Source of the DNA: an uncultured Opitutales bacterium
GTDB taxonomy: Bacteria; Verrucomicrobiota; Verrucomicrobiia; Opitutales; Intestinicryptomonadaceae
DNA length: 32,000 nt
Reading direction: 5' to 3'
Assembly (NCBI GenBank): GCA_934613415.1
Contig: CAKTSY010000001.1
Span: 60,001 to 92,000, forward strand
Shown: positions 1-7,863 of the stretch, in pieces
Position numbering within the stretch: the stretch's first letter is position 1
Layout of the letters: every line of letters starts with the position of its first letter
Translations under genes and position numbers: made by a program
The notes under the pieces: generated by a model
Told to the model about the DNA's origin: nothing
Databases searched by the model: none
The model's input: only the letters and a program-made list of their open reading frames with translations

Positions 1-1268
1 TGTCTACGCAGGTAAAGGATTTCTTCGGCTTGCAGATAGAAAAAATGCCCGAAGACTTTATTCCCAAATGCTCGGCAATATTCAATGCAATTTCCTCTAC
101 GCATTGGCCCACATTGCTAATTTGCGTGCTTTCGGTTTTGGTTATTATATATTGGCCCAAGTCTTGGAGGCATCGCATACCCGGGCAGATAGGCGCAATT
201 TTTATAGGTACGCTGGTTGCGGTAGTTATGGAAAAATTTGGTTGGCAAACAGAAACAATTTTTACGCGCTTCGGCGAAATACCAAATTCTTTGCCCAAGT
301 TTAACTGGATTGAAATTAACTTTGCCAACATTAAAAACCTTACAATGCCAGCCTTTACAATAGCGTTGCTTGCCGCAATAGAGTCGCTACTTTCGGCGGT
401 TGTTGCCGACGGTATGATAGACGACAAGCACGACTCCAACCAAGAGCTTATTGCCCAGGGTATGGCAAACATAGCGGTGCCCTTCTTTATGGGCATACCG
501 GCTACGGGTGCAATTGCAAGAACTGCAACCAACATTAAAAACGGAGGCAAAACTCCAATTGCAGGCGTAGTTCACTGCGCGGTTTTGCTTTGCATACTTA
601 TTTTTGCCGCCCCCTACGCGCAATACATACCGCTTGCAACGCTAAGCGCGGTTTTGTTTGTTGTTGCCTTTAATATGGGCGACTGGTCGGCCTTTTCGGA
701 AATGCGCAGGCTGCCGCGCTCCGACGACGTTGTTTTTATTGCAACTTTTACCCTTACGGTTGTTTTCGGGTTAACCTTGGCAATAGAAGTTGGCATGATA
801 CTTGCCGCAATGTTGTTTATACGCAGGGTTTCGGAAACAACAAAGGTTATGGTTGTAGACAAAAACCTTGAAACAAATTTGGCAAAATATTCGCTAGAAG
901 GCAAAGATGTGCCCGAAGAGGTAATGATTTTCCGCATATTCGGGGCGTTGATGTTCGGGGCTGCCGACAAGCTTGAAAGCATACTTACAGCCATGGGCGA
1001 ACGCCCAAGAATTGCCATTTTAAGAATGCGCACGGTTTTGGCTATGGACGCAACCGCCTTAGATGTTCTAGACCACCTGTACGAAAAGCTTAAGGCAAAG
1101 GGCGTTGATATGATTATTACGGGCGCGCACTCGCAACCCTTGCATATGATGCAAAAATCGGGCTTTCTTAAAAAGATTGGCGAAGACCACGTTTTGGAAA
1201 ATATAGACGCCGCCCTTAATAAGTCGCGCGAAATTTTGGCGGCAAGCAAGGCTAAAGAGGAAGAATAA
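1..1268 (+). CDS. SulP-family inorganic anion transporter, C-terminal part with STAS domain (5' end lies outside the window)
   Basis: The frame is open from base 3 (STQVKDFFGLQIEK...), so the listed TTG start at 30 is internal. Several hydrophobic TM segments are followed by a cytosolic STAS-like tail (IFRIFGALMFGAADKLE, ILRMRTVLAMDATALDVL, GVDMIITGA). The stop at 1266-1268 is followed by a terminator. Confidence 0.85.
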   Translation, partial: STQVKDFFGLQIEKMPEDFIPKCSAIFNAISSTHWPTLLICVLSVLVIIYWPKSWRHRIPGQIGAIFIGTLVAVVMEKFGWQTETIFTRFGEIPNSLPKFNWIEINFANIKNLTMPAFTIALLAAIESLLSAVVADGMIDDKHDSNQELIAQGMANIAVPFFMGIPATGAIARTATNIKNGGKTPIAGVVHCAVLLCILIFAAPYAQYIPLATLSAVLFVVAFNMGDWSAFSEMRRLPRSDDVVFIATFTLTVVFGLTLAIEVGMILAAMLFIRRVSETTKVMVVDKNLETNLAKYSLEGKDVPEEVMIFRIFGALMFGAADKLESILTAMGERPRIAILRMRTVLAMDATALDVLDHLYEKLKAKGVDMIITGAHSQPLHMMQKSGFLKKIGEDHVLENIDAALNKSREILAASKAKEEE

Positions 1269-1291
1269 AAAACTACTTTTTTAACAAAATA

Positions 1292-1320
1292 CCCGTTTCT
1301 AGTAAAACGGGCATTTTTTT
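1292..1320 (+). terminator. Intrinsic terminator of the SulP gene
   Basis: Stem CCCGTTT (1292-1298) pairs with AAACGGG (1305-1311) around a 6-nt loop, followed by a T7 run (1314-1320). Confidence 0.8.
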
Positions 1321-1358
1321 GCACACAAATGTAAAAATAACCCGAATTGCTCGGTTTT

Positions 1359-1610
1359 TTATAGACGATTAAATTTACATAGCCACAAAAAACCGCCGAA
1401 TTTCGGCAGTTTTTGGTGCACTATTTGTAAAAGTTTGTACTGCTTGCGGCGGCGGCAGATTACAAAGCCCAGAGCCAACACGCCGAAGATTGCCGCGTAT
1501 GTGGAGGGTTCGGGAACGAGAGTTTGGTCTATCGAAAATGCGAATGTGAAAACATCGCTGTCGGTAAATACGATTTCGTCGATTGTAACGCCAGCCTTGA
1601 GGTCGTTCAT
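1359..1610 (-). pseudogene. Remnant of a PEP-CTERM protein gene (C-terminal sorting signal only; no signal peptide; stop codon displaced)
   Basis: It encodes ...SIDQTLVPEPSTYAAIFGVLALGFVICRRRK, a canonical PEP-CTERM (PEP motif, TM helix, basic cluster). This is ~75% identical at nucleotide level to the 3' end of the 9289-11223 gene. The first ~30 codons of the listed ORF (GTG at 1703) are just the ssrA terminator hairpin. The first plausible ATG is at 1610 and has no signal peptide. The frame continues 28 codons past RRRK, through a terminator hairpin. Confidence 0.6.
1387..1414. terminator. Bidirectional intrinsic terminator
   Basis: Minus-strand RNA CUGCCG-AAAUU-CGGCGG is followed by UUUUUUGUGG. 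On the plus strand the same hairpin is followed by TTTTT. It lies inside the 3' extension of the PEP-CTERM remnant ORF. Confidence 0.7.
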
Positions 1611-1674
1611 TGAAATGCCAGAAACTTCCTTAACGAGTGTAGACTGTCGTATTTCAAATACTACGCACAGACAC

Positions 1675-1708
1675 AAAAAAGCCCGCATTCCAAAAAGGAA
1701 CACGGGCT
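1675..1708 (-). terminator. Intrinsic terminator of ssrA
   Basis: Minus-strand AGCCCGUGUUCC-UUUUU-GGAAUGCGGGCU forms a 12-bp stem (two G.U pairs) followed by U6. It begins 8 nt after the tmRNA CCA end. Confidence 0.85.
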
Positions 1709-1715
1709 AAAAAAT

Positions 1716-2067
1716 TGGTGGAGATGGCGGGAGTTGAACCCGCGTCCTAAGGACTTTCATAAACGCCGTCTACATGCTTAGTTTGCTTTATTGTTTCGAT
1801 TTGCGCTTCGAGGCAAACACCCTTCGCATCTCTACCGCATTGTTGTTTGCGCGGGCACCCCAACGCGAAAAAGCACCCGTACTTTTCCCGATGTCGACGC
1901 TCGTTTCCGTTATCGGGAGTCGCGGAACGAACGTGTCGCTTAATTAAGCGGCAATAGCGTAATCTTCGCCATTTATATAGTTTGTCGATACATTTTTACG
2001 GAGCCGAGTATCATCTCCGACATGCGAACGAATATTACGATTCTCAGTCGAATTCCGGAACATCCCC
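1716..2067 (-). ncRNA. ssrA: tmRNA (transfer-messenger RNA)
   Basis: The minus strand starts GGGGAUGUUCCGGAAUUCGACUGAGAA and ends GACGCGGGUUCAACUCCCGCCAUCUCCACCA. The acceptor stem GGGGAUG/CAUCUCC carries the G3:U alanine identity pair. There is a T-arm GGGUUCAACUCCC. The internal tag frame is ...AAU GGC GAA GAU UAC GCU AUU GCC GCU UAA (..NGEDYAIAA*), with its stop at 1944-1946. Confidence 0.95.
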
Positions 2068-2188
2068 GTTATCCGTGCAATATTTGTTCTGCCCAATATT
2101 ATATCGTACTTGTCAAGTGGCGTTTTAAATTGTTTTTTGCGCAAAATTTTTACTTTACCAAACTTAATTGTTTTTTTAATGAATGGTG

Positions 2189-2216
2189 TTGACTTTTATG
2201 GCATTTCGTGTATGTT
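2189..2216 (+). promoter_or_regulatory. Candidate sigma70-type promoter of nifJ
   Basis: TTGACT (2189-2194), 16-nt spacer, TATGTT (2211-2216). This predicts a leader of about 40 nt to the ATG at 2262. Confidence 0.45.
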
Positions 2217-2261
2217 TGAGCGCAAATTTTTAATATCACAAAGAACACTAAAAGATAGATT

Positions 2262-5200
2262 ATGAAAAATAAGAATAGCGTAATTACCGATGCGAACGAA
2301 GCGGTAGCTTCGGTCGCTTTTCGAGTTAGCGAAACTATTGCTATTTACCCCATAACGCCGTCCTCGCCTATGGCAGAGTTCTGCGAAGAATGGGCCGTAA
2401 AGGGCAAGAAAAACATTTGGGGCTTAACTCCCGATATTTCCCAGCTTCAGAGCGAAGGCGGTGTTTCCGGTGCCGTTCACGGCGCGCTTAACACGGGCAC
2501 TTTAATGACTTCGTTTACAGCCAGCCAGGGCCTGCTTTTGATGATTCCGAATATGTACAAAATTGCCGGCGAACTTACCAGCTTTGTACTTCACGTTTCG
2601 GCAAGAGCTTTGGCTTCGCACGGCTTGTCGATTTTCGGCGACCAGGGCGACGTTATGGCTTGCCGCCAAACAGGCTTTGCTATGCTTTGCTCGAACAGCG
2701 TTCAGGAGGCGCACGATATGGCTATGATTGCCCACGCCGCTACTCTCGAAAGCAGAGTTCCTTTCATTCACTTCTTCGACGGCTTTAGAACATCGCACGA
2801 AATCAACACCTACGAAATGATTTCCGACGAAGTAGTAGAACAGATGATTCCCTACGAAAAGGTTATAGAACACCGCCAGCGCGCCCTTAACCCCGAAAAG
2901 CCCTTTATCAGAGGCACAGCCCAAAACCCCGACGTATTTTTCCAGTCTATCGAAGCGAGAAATCCCTTCTACGACAAGTGCCCAGCAATTGTTCAGGCCC
3001 AGATGGACAAGTTCGCAAAATTGACGGGCCGCCAATACCACGTTTACGAATACGTTGGTGCTGCCGATGCAGAACAGGTTGTTGTAATTATGGGTTCGGG
3101 TGCCGAAACTGTTGAAGAAACCGTAAAATACCTGAACGCCAAGGGCGAAAAATTCGGCGTATTAAAGGTTCACTTATACAGACCTTTCGACGTAAAAATG
3201 TTTGTAGACCAACTGCCCAAAACCGCAAAAACAATTGTTGTTATGGACAGAACCCGCGAACAGGGCTCGGCTGCAGAACCCCTTTTCTTGGACGTTGCAA
3301 CCGCAATTTCGCAGGCTCGTTCGCAGGGCATATGCCAAAAGTCGTTCGACCCGTCTATTATCGGCGGCGTATACGGTTTGGGCTCTAAAGAATTTGTGCC
3401 CGCAATGGTTAAGGCGATTTTCGAAAACGCAAAAAGCGCAAACCCGAAACCCCGCTTTACCGTTGGCATCAACGACGACGTTACCCACAGGTCTTTGCCG
3501 TACGACGAATCTTTCGACCTTGAAAGCGACAAAGTTTTGCGTGCCGTATTCTTCGGCTTGGGTTCCGACGGTACTGTTGGCGCAAACAAAAACACAATTA
3601 AAATTATCGGTAAGGAAACCCCCAACTATGCACAAGCCTACTTTGTATACGACTCTAAAAAGAGCGGCGGTATAACGGTTTCGCACTTGCGCTTCGGGCC
3701 CGAAGAAATCAAGGCTCCCTACCTTATCGGTTCGGCACAGTTTGTCGGTGTTCACCAATTCTCGTTTATGGAAAAGCTCGACGTGCTTAAATGCGCCGCC
3801 GAAGGTGCGGTATTCCTGCTAAACTCCATTCACGACGCAAACACCGTTTGGAACTACCTTAACAAAGACGTTCAAAAGACCATTATCGACAAAAAGCTTA
3901 AGTTTTATGTAATAGACGCCTACAAGGTTGCCGGCGAAATGGGTATGGGCGGCCGCATTAACACCATAATGCAAACTTGCTACTTCGCAATTTCGGGCGT
4001 ATTGCCAGCCGACGAAGCAATAGCAAAAATTAAGGCTTCCATCGAAAAGACCTACGGCAAAAAAGGCCCAGAAGTTGTTAAGAAAAACTTTGCGGCTGTA
4101 GACGCTTCGGTTTCGAACCTGCAAAAGGTAGAAGTTCCCGCCGCGGTTTCGGCAACAGAAGGCTTTAAGCCCACGGTTTCCGACAAGGCTCCCGACTTTG
4201 TAAAGAATGTAACTGCGGTTATGATGAGAAACGAAGGCGATAGCCTCCCCGTTTCGGCAATGCCCGTAGACGGCACATGGCCCTCAGCTACCACAAAGTG
4301 GGAAAAGCGCAACATTGCGTTGTTTGTTCCCGCATGGAATCCAGCCGTCTGCATACAGTGCGGCAAGTGCTCGGAAATATGCCCCCACGGCGCAATACGC
4401 ACAAAGGCGTATCCCGAAGAATTGCTTAAAGACGCTCCCGCAACATTCAAGAGCACAAAATTCCGCTCGAAGGATTTTGCAAACTGCGCCTTTACAGTAC
4501 AAGTTGCGGTTGAAGACTGCTCCGGTTGCGGTTTGTGCGTAAGCGTATGCCCAGCAAAAGACAAGGCAGACCCTGCAAAGAAGGCCATAAATATGACCGA
4601 GCAAGAACCCATACGCGAAGCCGAAGCCAAGAACTTTGAATTCTTTATGAACTTGCCTAACCCCGACAGAACAAAGCTTGGCAACCTGCCCAAAGACGTG
4701 CAGTTGCGCCAGCCATTGTTTGAATTTTCGGGCGCATGCGCTGGCTGCGGCGAAACTCCGTACGTAAAAATGCTTACCCAGTTGTTCGGCGACAGGCTTT
4801 TGGTTGCAAATGCAACGGGTTGCTCTTCTATTTACAGCGGCAACTTGCCCACAACACCCTACTGCACCAACCCCGAAGGCAGAGGCCCGGCTTGGGCAAA
4901 CTCGTTGTTTGAAGACAACGCAGAATTCGGTTTCGGCTACAGGCAGTCGTTAGACGTTAAAGAAGCATTCGCAAAAGACTTGCTTACAAAGTTTGCCCCC
5001 AAGTTTGGCGACGACTTTGTAAACGAAATTGTAAATGCCGACCAAAGCACCGAAGCTGGCATAATTAAGCAGCGCGAAAGAGTTGCAGCTCTCAAAGAAA
5101 AGTTGGCTTTAGACAACTCGAAAGAAGCTATGCTTTTGAAACCCATTGCCGACGACCTCGTTAAAAAGAGCGTTTGGATAATTGGCGGCGACGGCTGGGC

Positions 5201-5804
5201 ATACGATATCGGCTACGGCGGCTTAGACCACGTTTTGGCAAGCGGCAAGAATGTAAACGTTCTTGTTTTGGATACCGAAGTATACTCGAATACGGGCGGC
5301 CAAATGAGCAAATCTACACCTATCGGTGCGGTTGCAAAGTTTGCCTCTAAGGGTAAATCTATGCCCAAGAAGAACCTCGGCTTGTTGGCTATGGACTACG
5401 GCAATGTATATGTTGCCCAAGTTTCGATGGGCGCAAAAGACGCGCAGGTTGTAAAAGCCTTCACCGAAGCAAATTCGTACGAAGGCCCCTCGCTTATTAT
5501 TGCATACAGCCACTGTATCTCGCACGGCTACAACTTGGTAAACGGCCCCGACCAGCAAAAGAAGGCGGTAGAATCGGGTTATTGGCCCTTGTTCAGATTC
5601 GACCCAAGGCTAAGACACGAAGGCAAGAATCCCTTCATGCTCGATTGCGCCGATCCAAAGATTCCCGTAACCGACTACATGATGGCGGAAAACCGCTTCA
5701 AGATGTTGCAAAGGTCGAATCCCGAAAGAGCCGCATTGCTTGCTAAAGAAGCTCAGGAATTTGTGGATTACCGTTGGGCTAAGTATAAGAAATTGGCAGA
5801 ATAG
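2262..5804 (+). CDS. nifJ: Pyruvate:ferredoxin (flavodoxin) oxidoreductase, single-chain
   Basis: 1180 aa. It has an N-terminal PFOR core (IAIYPITPSSPMAE, LQSEGG), two 4Fe-4S ferredoxin motifs (CIQCGKCSEICP, CSGCGLCVSVCP) and a TPP-binding region (GGDGWAYDIGYGGLDH, LDTEVYSNTGGQ). Length and domain order are typical. Confidence 0.97.
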   Translation: MKNKNSVITDANEAVASVAFRVSETIAIYPITPSSPMAEFCEEWAVKGKKNIWGLTPDISQLQSEGGVSGAVHGALNTGTLMTSFTASQGLLLMIPNMYKIAGELTSFVLHVSARALASHGLSIFGDQGDVMACRQTGFAMLCSNSVQEAHDMAMIAHAATLESRVPFIHFFDGFRTSHEINTYEMISDEVVEQMIPYEKVIEHRQRALNPEKPFIRGTAQNPDVFFQSIEARNPFYDKCPAIVQAQMDKFAKLTGRQYHVYEYVGAADAEQVVVIMGSGAETVEETVKYLNAKGEKFGVLKVHLYRPFDVKMFVDQLPKTAKTIVVMDRTREQGSAAEPLFLDVATAISQARSQGICQKSFDPSIIGGVYGLGSKEFVPAMVKAIFENAKSANPKPRFTVGINDDVTHRSLPYDESFDLESDKVLRAVFFGLGSDGTVGANKNTIKIIGKETPNYAQAYFVYDSKKSGGITVSHLRFGPEEIKAPYLIGSAQFVGVHQFSFMEKLDVLKCAAEGAVFLLNSIHDANTVWNYLNKDVQKTIIDKKLKFYVIDAYKVAGEMGMGGRINTIMQTCYFAISGVLPADEAIAKIKASIEKTYGKKGPEVVKKNFAAVDASVSNLQKVEVPAAVSATEGFKPTVSDKAPDFVKNVTAVMMRNEGDSLPVSAMPVDGTWPSATTKWEKRNIALFVPAWNPAVCIQCGKCSEICPHGAIRTKAYPEELLKDAPATFKSTKFRSKDFANCAFTVQVAVEDCSGCGLCVSVCPAKDKADPAKKAINMTEQEPIREAEAKNFEFFMNLPNPDRTKLGNLPKDVQLRQPLFEFSGACAGCGETPYVKMLTQLFGDRLLVANATGCSSIYSGNLPTTPYCTNPEGRGPAWANSLFEDNAEFGFGYRQSLDVKEAFAKDLLTKFAPKFGDDFVNEIVNADQSTEAGIIKQRERVAALKEKLALDNSKEAMLLKPIADDLVKKSVWIIGGDGWAYDIGYGGLDHVLASGKNVNVLVLDTEVYSNTGGQMSKSTPIGAVAKFASKGKSMPKKNLGLLAMDYGNVYVAQVSMGAKDAQVVKAFTEANSYEGPSLIIAYSHCISHGYNLVNGPDQQKKAVESGYWPLFRFDPRLRHEGKNPFMLDCADPKIPVTDYMMAENRFKMLQRSNPERAALLAKEAQEFVDYRWAKYKKLAE

Positions 5805-5832
5805 TTTTTTCTTTCTTAGCTAAAAAAATTGG

Positions 5833-5864
5833 GAGCTACCTTTTTTCGGGTAGCTCTTTTTTTT
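5833..5864 (+). terminator. Intrinsic terminator of nifJ
   Basis: Stem GAGCTACC (5833-5840) pairs with GGTAGCTC (5849-5856), followed by a T8 run (5857-5864). Confidence 0.85.
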
Positions 5865-5985
5865 GAAACATAAAATACAATTCCTTTAAATAAATTGATT
5901 TACTCTTGACTTTTTTGGCTTTCGCAACAACTTTCCTGAACAGCGTTAGAACACATTTAGTTGCACTGTTTGAATTTTAAAAATT

Positions 5986-7434
5986 ATGAAAAAAACACTT
6001 ATCCTTTTTTGTTTTTCCTGCTTTATCGGCACACTTTGCGTGTTTGCAGAAAAGGCCAAAAAAAACGAACCGGCACTGGACTACTACGCCATGGCGATGC
6101 GTTCAGCCAATGTCCAGACAAAAACACTTAGCGCAAAAATAGACTGGAATATAACCTGCGGCAAAATAAAGCCTTTGCACGGCGTAAACAATTCGCCCGT
6201 GCGCAACAACGGCGACTATCCCGAATTTAGGGAGGGCGGTTTCCCGTTTATGCGCACACACGACACTTCCGGCGCATTCGGCGGCAACGTTTATATAGAT
6301 ATTCCCAATATTTTTCGCAACTTCGATGCCGACCCCGAAGACCCGTCTTCGTACGATTTTACCCTTACCGACGCCTACCTTAGAGGCTTTCAGAAAACTC
6401 CGACTAAAATTTTCTATAGATTGGGAGTTACAATAGAAAATTTCCATGCTATAAAGGCATACAGAATATACCCGCCCAAAGACAGCCTTAAATGGGCGAA
6501 AATATGCGAAGGCATAATAAAGCACTACACGCAAGGTTGGGCAAACGGCTTTAAATACGACATACAATATTGGGAAATTTGGAACGAACCCGAAAATAAA
6601 ATGATGTGGAAAGGCACAAAACAGGAATTTATGGATTTCTACAAAACGGTGTCGAAATATTTAAAAGGCAAATTTCCCGAATTGAAAATAGGCGGCTATG
6701 CAAGTTGCGGTTTTTTTGAACTTACCCGCAAGCTAGACGACTGCCCTACAAAAGGGCTAAATATTTTAGAGTGGTTCGACGACCTTATAAAACTGGCTTC
6801 CGACAAAAACGACCCCGCCCCGCTCGACTTCTTTTCATGGCACTTATATTCCGACCAGCCGCAGGAAATTGTTGCCCATTCAAACTATATCCGCCAAAAG
6901 CTAGATGCCGCAGGCCTTACAAAAACCGAAAGCATATTCAATGAATGGAACTACACATTGTCGGTTAAAACCTCTCCCGAAGCAAAAAACAATGTTGGCG
7001 CTTCCATGTGTGCGGCAGCCTTTTGCGCAATGCAACGCAGCAGCATAGACAAGGCAATGTATTACGACGCAACACCTTCGAGGAGTTTTTGCGGCCTTTT
7101 CGAATTTCCGTCTATAGCCTACACAAAAATATTCTTTGCATTTAAGGCGTTTAACGATTTGTACAAACTTAGCGAATGCGTACAAACCCCCAACCTTGAA
7201 AACGAAAGCCTTTATATTTGCGCCGCAAAAGACGCCAAAAGCGGCAAAAAAGCCATACTTATTTCAAACTATTCGCCCGCAAGGCGAAACTTAAAGTTGG
7301 ACTTTTCGGGAAATGTTGAATCTGTTTTTGTAATAGACTACAACTATATGTTTTCGGAAATAAATACCGTGCTTTCGGGCAATAAAGTTCTTTCTATGAC
7401 GCCATTTTCCGCATACTTGATAAGAATAAAATAG
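5986..7434 (+). CDS. Secreted clan GH-A (TIM-barrel) glycoside hydrolase, GH39-like
   Basis: N-terminal signal peptide (MKKTLILFCFSCFIGTLCVFA). HGVNNSP...FMRTHD is followed by YWEIWNEPEN (acid/base NEP motif) and later ESIFNEWNY (candidate nucleophile strand). The family assignment is from motif recall only. Confidence 0.7.
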   Translation: MKKTLILFCFSCFIGTLCVFAEKAKKNEPALDYYAMAMRSANVQTKTLSAKIDWNITCGKIKPLHGVNNSPVRNNGDYPEFREGGFPFMRTHDTSGAFGGNVYIDIPNIFRNFDADPEDPSSYDFTLTDAYLRGFQKTPTKIFYRLGVTIENFHAIKAYRIYPPKDSLKWAKICEGIIKHYTQGWANGFKYDIQYWEIWNEPENKMMWKGTKQEFMDFYKTVSKYLKGKFPELKIGGYASCGFFELTRKLDDCPTKGLNILEWFDDLIKLASDKNDPAPLDFFSWHLYSDQPQEIVAHSNYIRQKLDAAGLTKTESIFNEWNYTLSVKTSPEAKNNVGASMCAAAFCAMQRSSIDKAMYYDATPSRSFCGLFEFPSIAYTKIFFAFKAFNDLYKLSECVQTPNLENESLYICAAKDAKSGKKAILISNYSPARRNLKLDFSGNVESVFVIDYNYMFSEINTVLSGNKVLSMTPFSAYLIRIK

Positions 7435-7443
7435 GAACACAAA

Positions 7444-7471
7444 GGCAGGTTATAAAACAACCTGCTTTTTT
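7444..7471 (+). terminator. Intrinsic terminator of the GH39-like gene
   Basis: Stem GCAGGTT (7445-7451) pairs with AACCTGC (7459-7465), followed by a T6 run. Confidence 0.8.
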
Positions 7472-7564
7472 GTGTTTAACAATAGAAAGTTGTTTAAGGG
7501 AAAGGTTGTTTTACGGCAAAACACCTTCTTTTTTGAAGATGGAAATATAAAAAATTTCCGCAAC

Positions 7565-7593
7565 TTGAATTTTTACGATATTGAATTTAAAAT
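7565..7593 (+). promoter_or_regulatory. Candidate orphan sigma70-type promoter
   Basis: TTGAAT (7565-7570), exactly 17 nt of spacer, TAAAAT (7588-7593). The inverted repeat GGAAAT-N7-ATTTCC (7541-7559) lies just upstream. There is no annotated gene downstream on this strand. Confidence 0.35.
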
Positions 7594-7599
7594 GCAAAA

Positions 7600-7816
7600 A
7601 AACGTATTGCCAAATTTGCAAATGCCGGTGGACCGCTTCGGCGTGTTTCAGCTTGGCAATCCCGAAACGGCGGAAATTTCGGCATTGTATTTGACCATAT
7701 GGCGAAATTATAGACCACAGCAAACCCAAAACTGTAAAATGGCTTAACAGCCACAAAATTCACGAATAACCGAATTAAAACAAATGCAAAAGACGGAGTT
7801 TGCGCTCCGTCTTTTT
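7600..7816 (+). ncRNA. Candidate small transcript (sRNA, or mRNA for a 41-aa peptide at 7622-7747), bracketed by a promoter and a terminator
   Basis: The predicted TSS near 7600 follows the TTGAAT-17-TAAAAT promoter, and the 3' end would be the hairpin+T-run at 7791-7816. The interior has GC-rich local hairpins (CCGCTTCGGCG; CCGAAA..TTTCGG; AATGCCG 7621-7627 pairing with CGGCATT 7680-7686). I recognised no known RNA family. Confidence 0.25.
7791..7816. terminator. Bidirectional intrinsic terminator (serves the GH5-like gene on the minus strand)
   Basis: Stem AGACGGAG (7791-7798) pairs with CTCCGTCT (7805-7812). It is flanked by an A-run upstream and a T-run downstream, so it reads as hairpin+U-tract on both strands. 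Confidence 0.8.
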
Positions 7817-7863
7817 GTTGCAAATAGAAGTTTTTTTAATGCAATTTTGTGCGGTTTGGCAAA

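Noticed and set aside
614-1324. 236-aa ORF on the minus strand, opposite the SulP gene
   Set aside because: It is an antisense shadow ORF. It is low-complexity and Ser/Ala/Ile-rich with no recognisable motif, while the plus-strand frame has clear SulP/STAS similarity.
2098-2116. Perfect TTGACA and TATAAT hexamers on the minus strand just upstream of ssrA
   Set aside because: They are only 7 nt apart and so cannot form a canonical sigma70 promoter. I could not define the real ssrA promoter by eye and do not report one.
1944-2144. 66-aa ORF on the minus strand ending ...NGEDYAIAA
   Set aside because: It lies over the tmRNA gene. Only its last codons are meaningful, as the tmRNA tag reading frame. 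It is not a protein-coding gene.
1269-2261. The idea that the ssrA-adjacent region is an integrated genomic island
   Set aside because: The window has no integrase, no duplicated copy of the ssrA 3' end (attL/attR) and only about 350 bp between ssrA and the next terminator. Only a gene remnant is present.
4052-4693. 213-aa and other long minus-strand ORFs inside nifJ (2502-3041, 3174-3758, 4052-4693)
   Set aside because: They are antisense shadow ORFs within a very confidently identified PFOR gene, and no motifs were recognised in them.
7472-7747. 91-aa plus-strand ORF (GTG start) and the overlapping minus-strand ORFs 7511-7756 and 7587-7823
   Set aside because: The 91-aa frame starts inside the upstream terminator T-run and spans the predicted promoter. 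The minus-strand ORFs start inside or beyond the GH5 terminator. None has a recognisable motif. Only the promoter-proximal 41-codon part is kept, as a low-confidence alternative.
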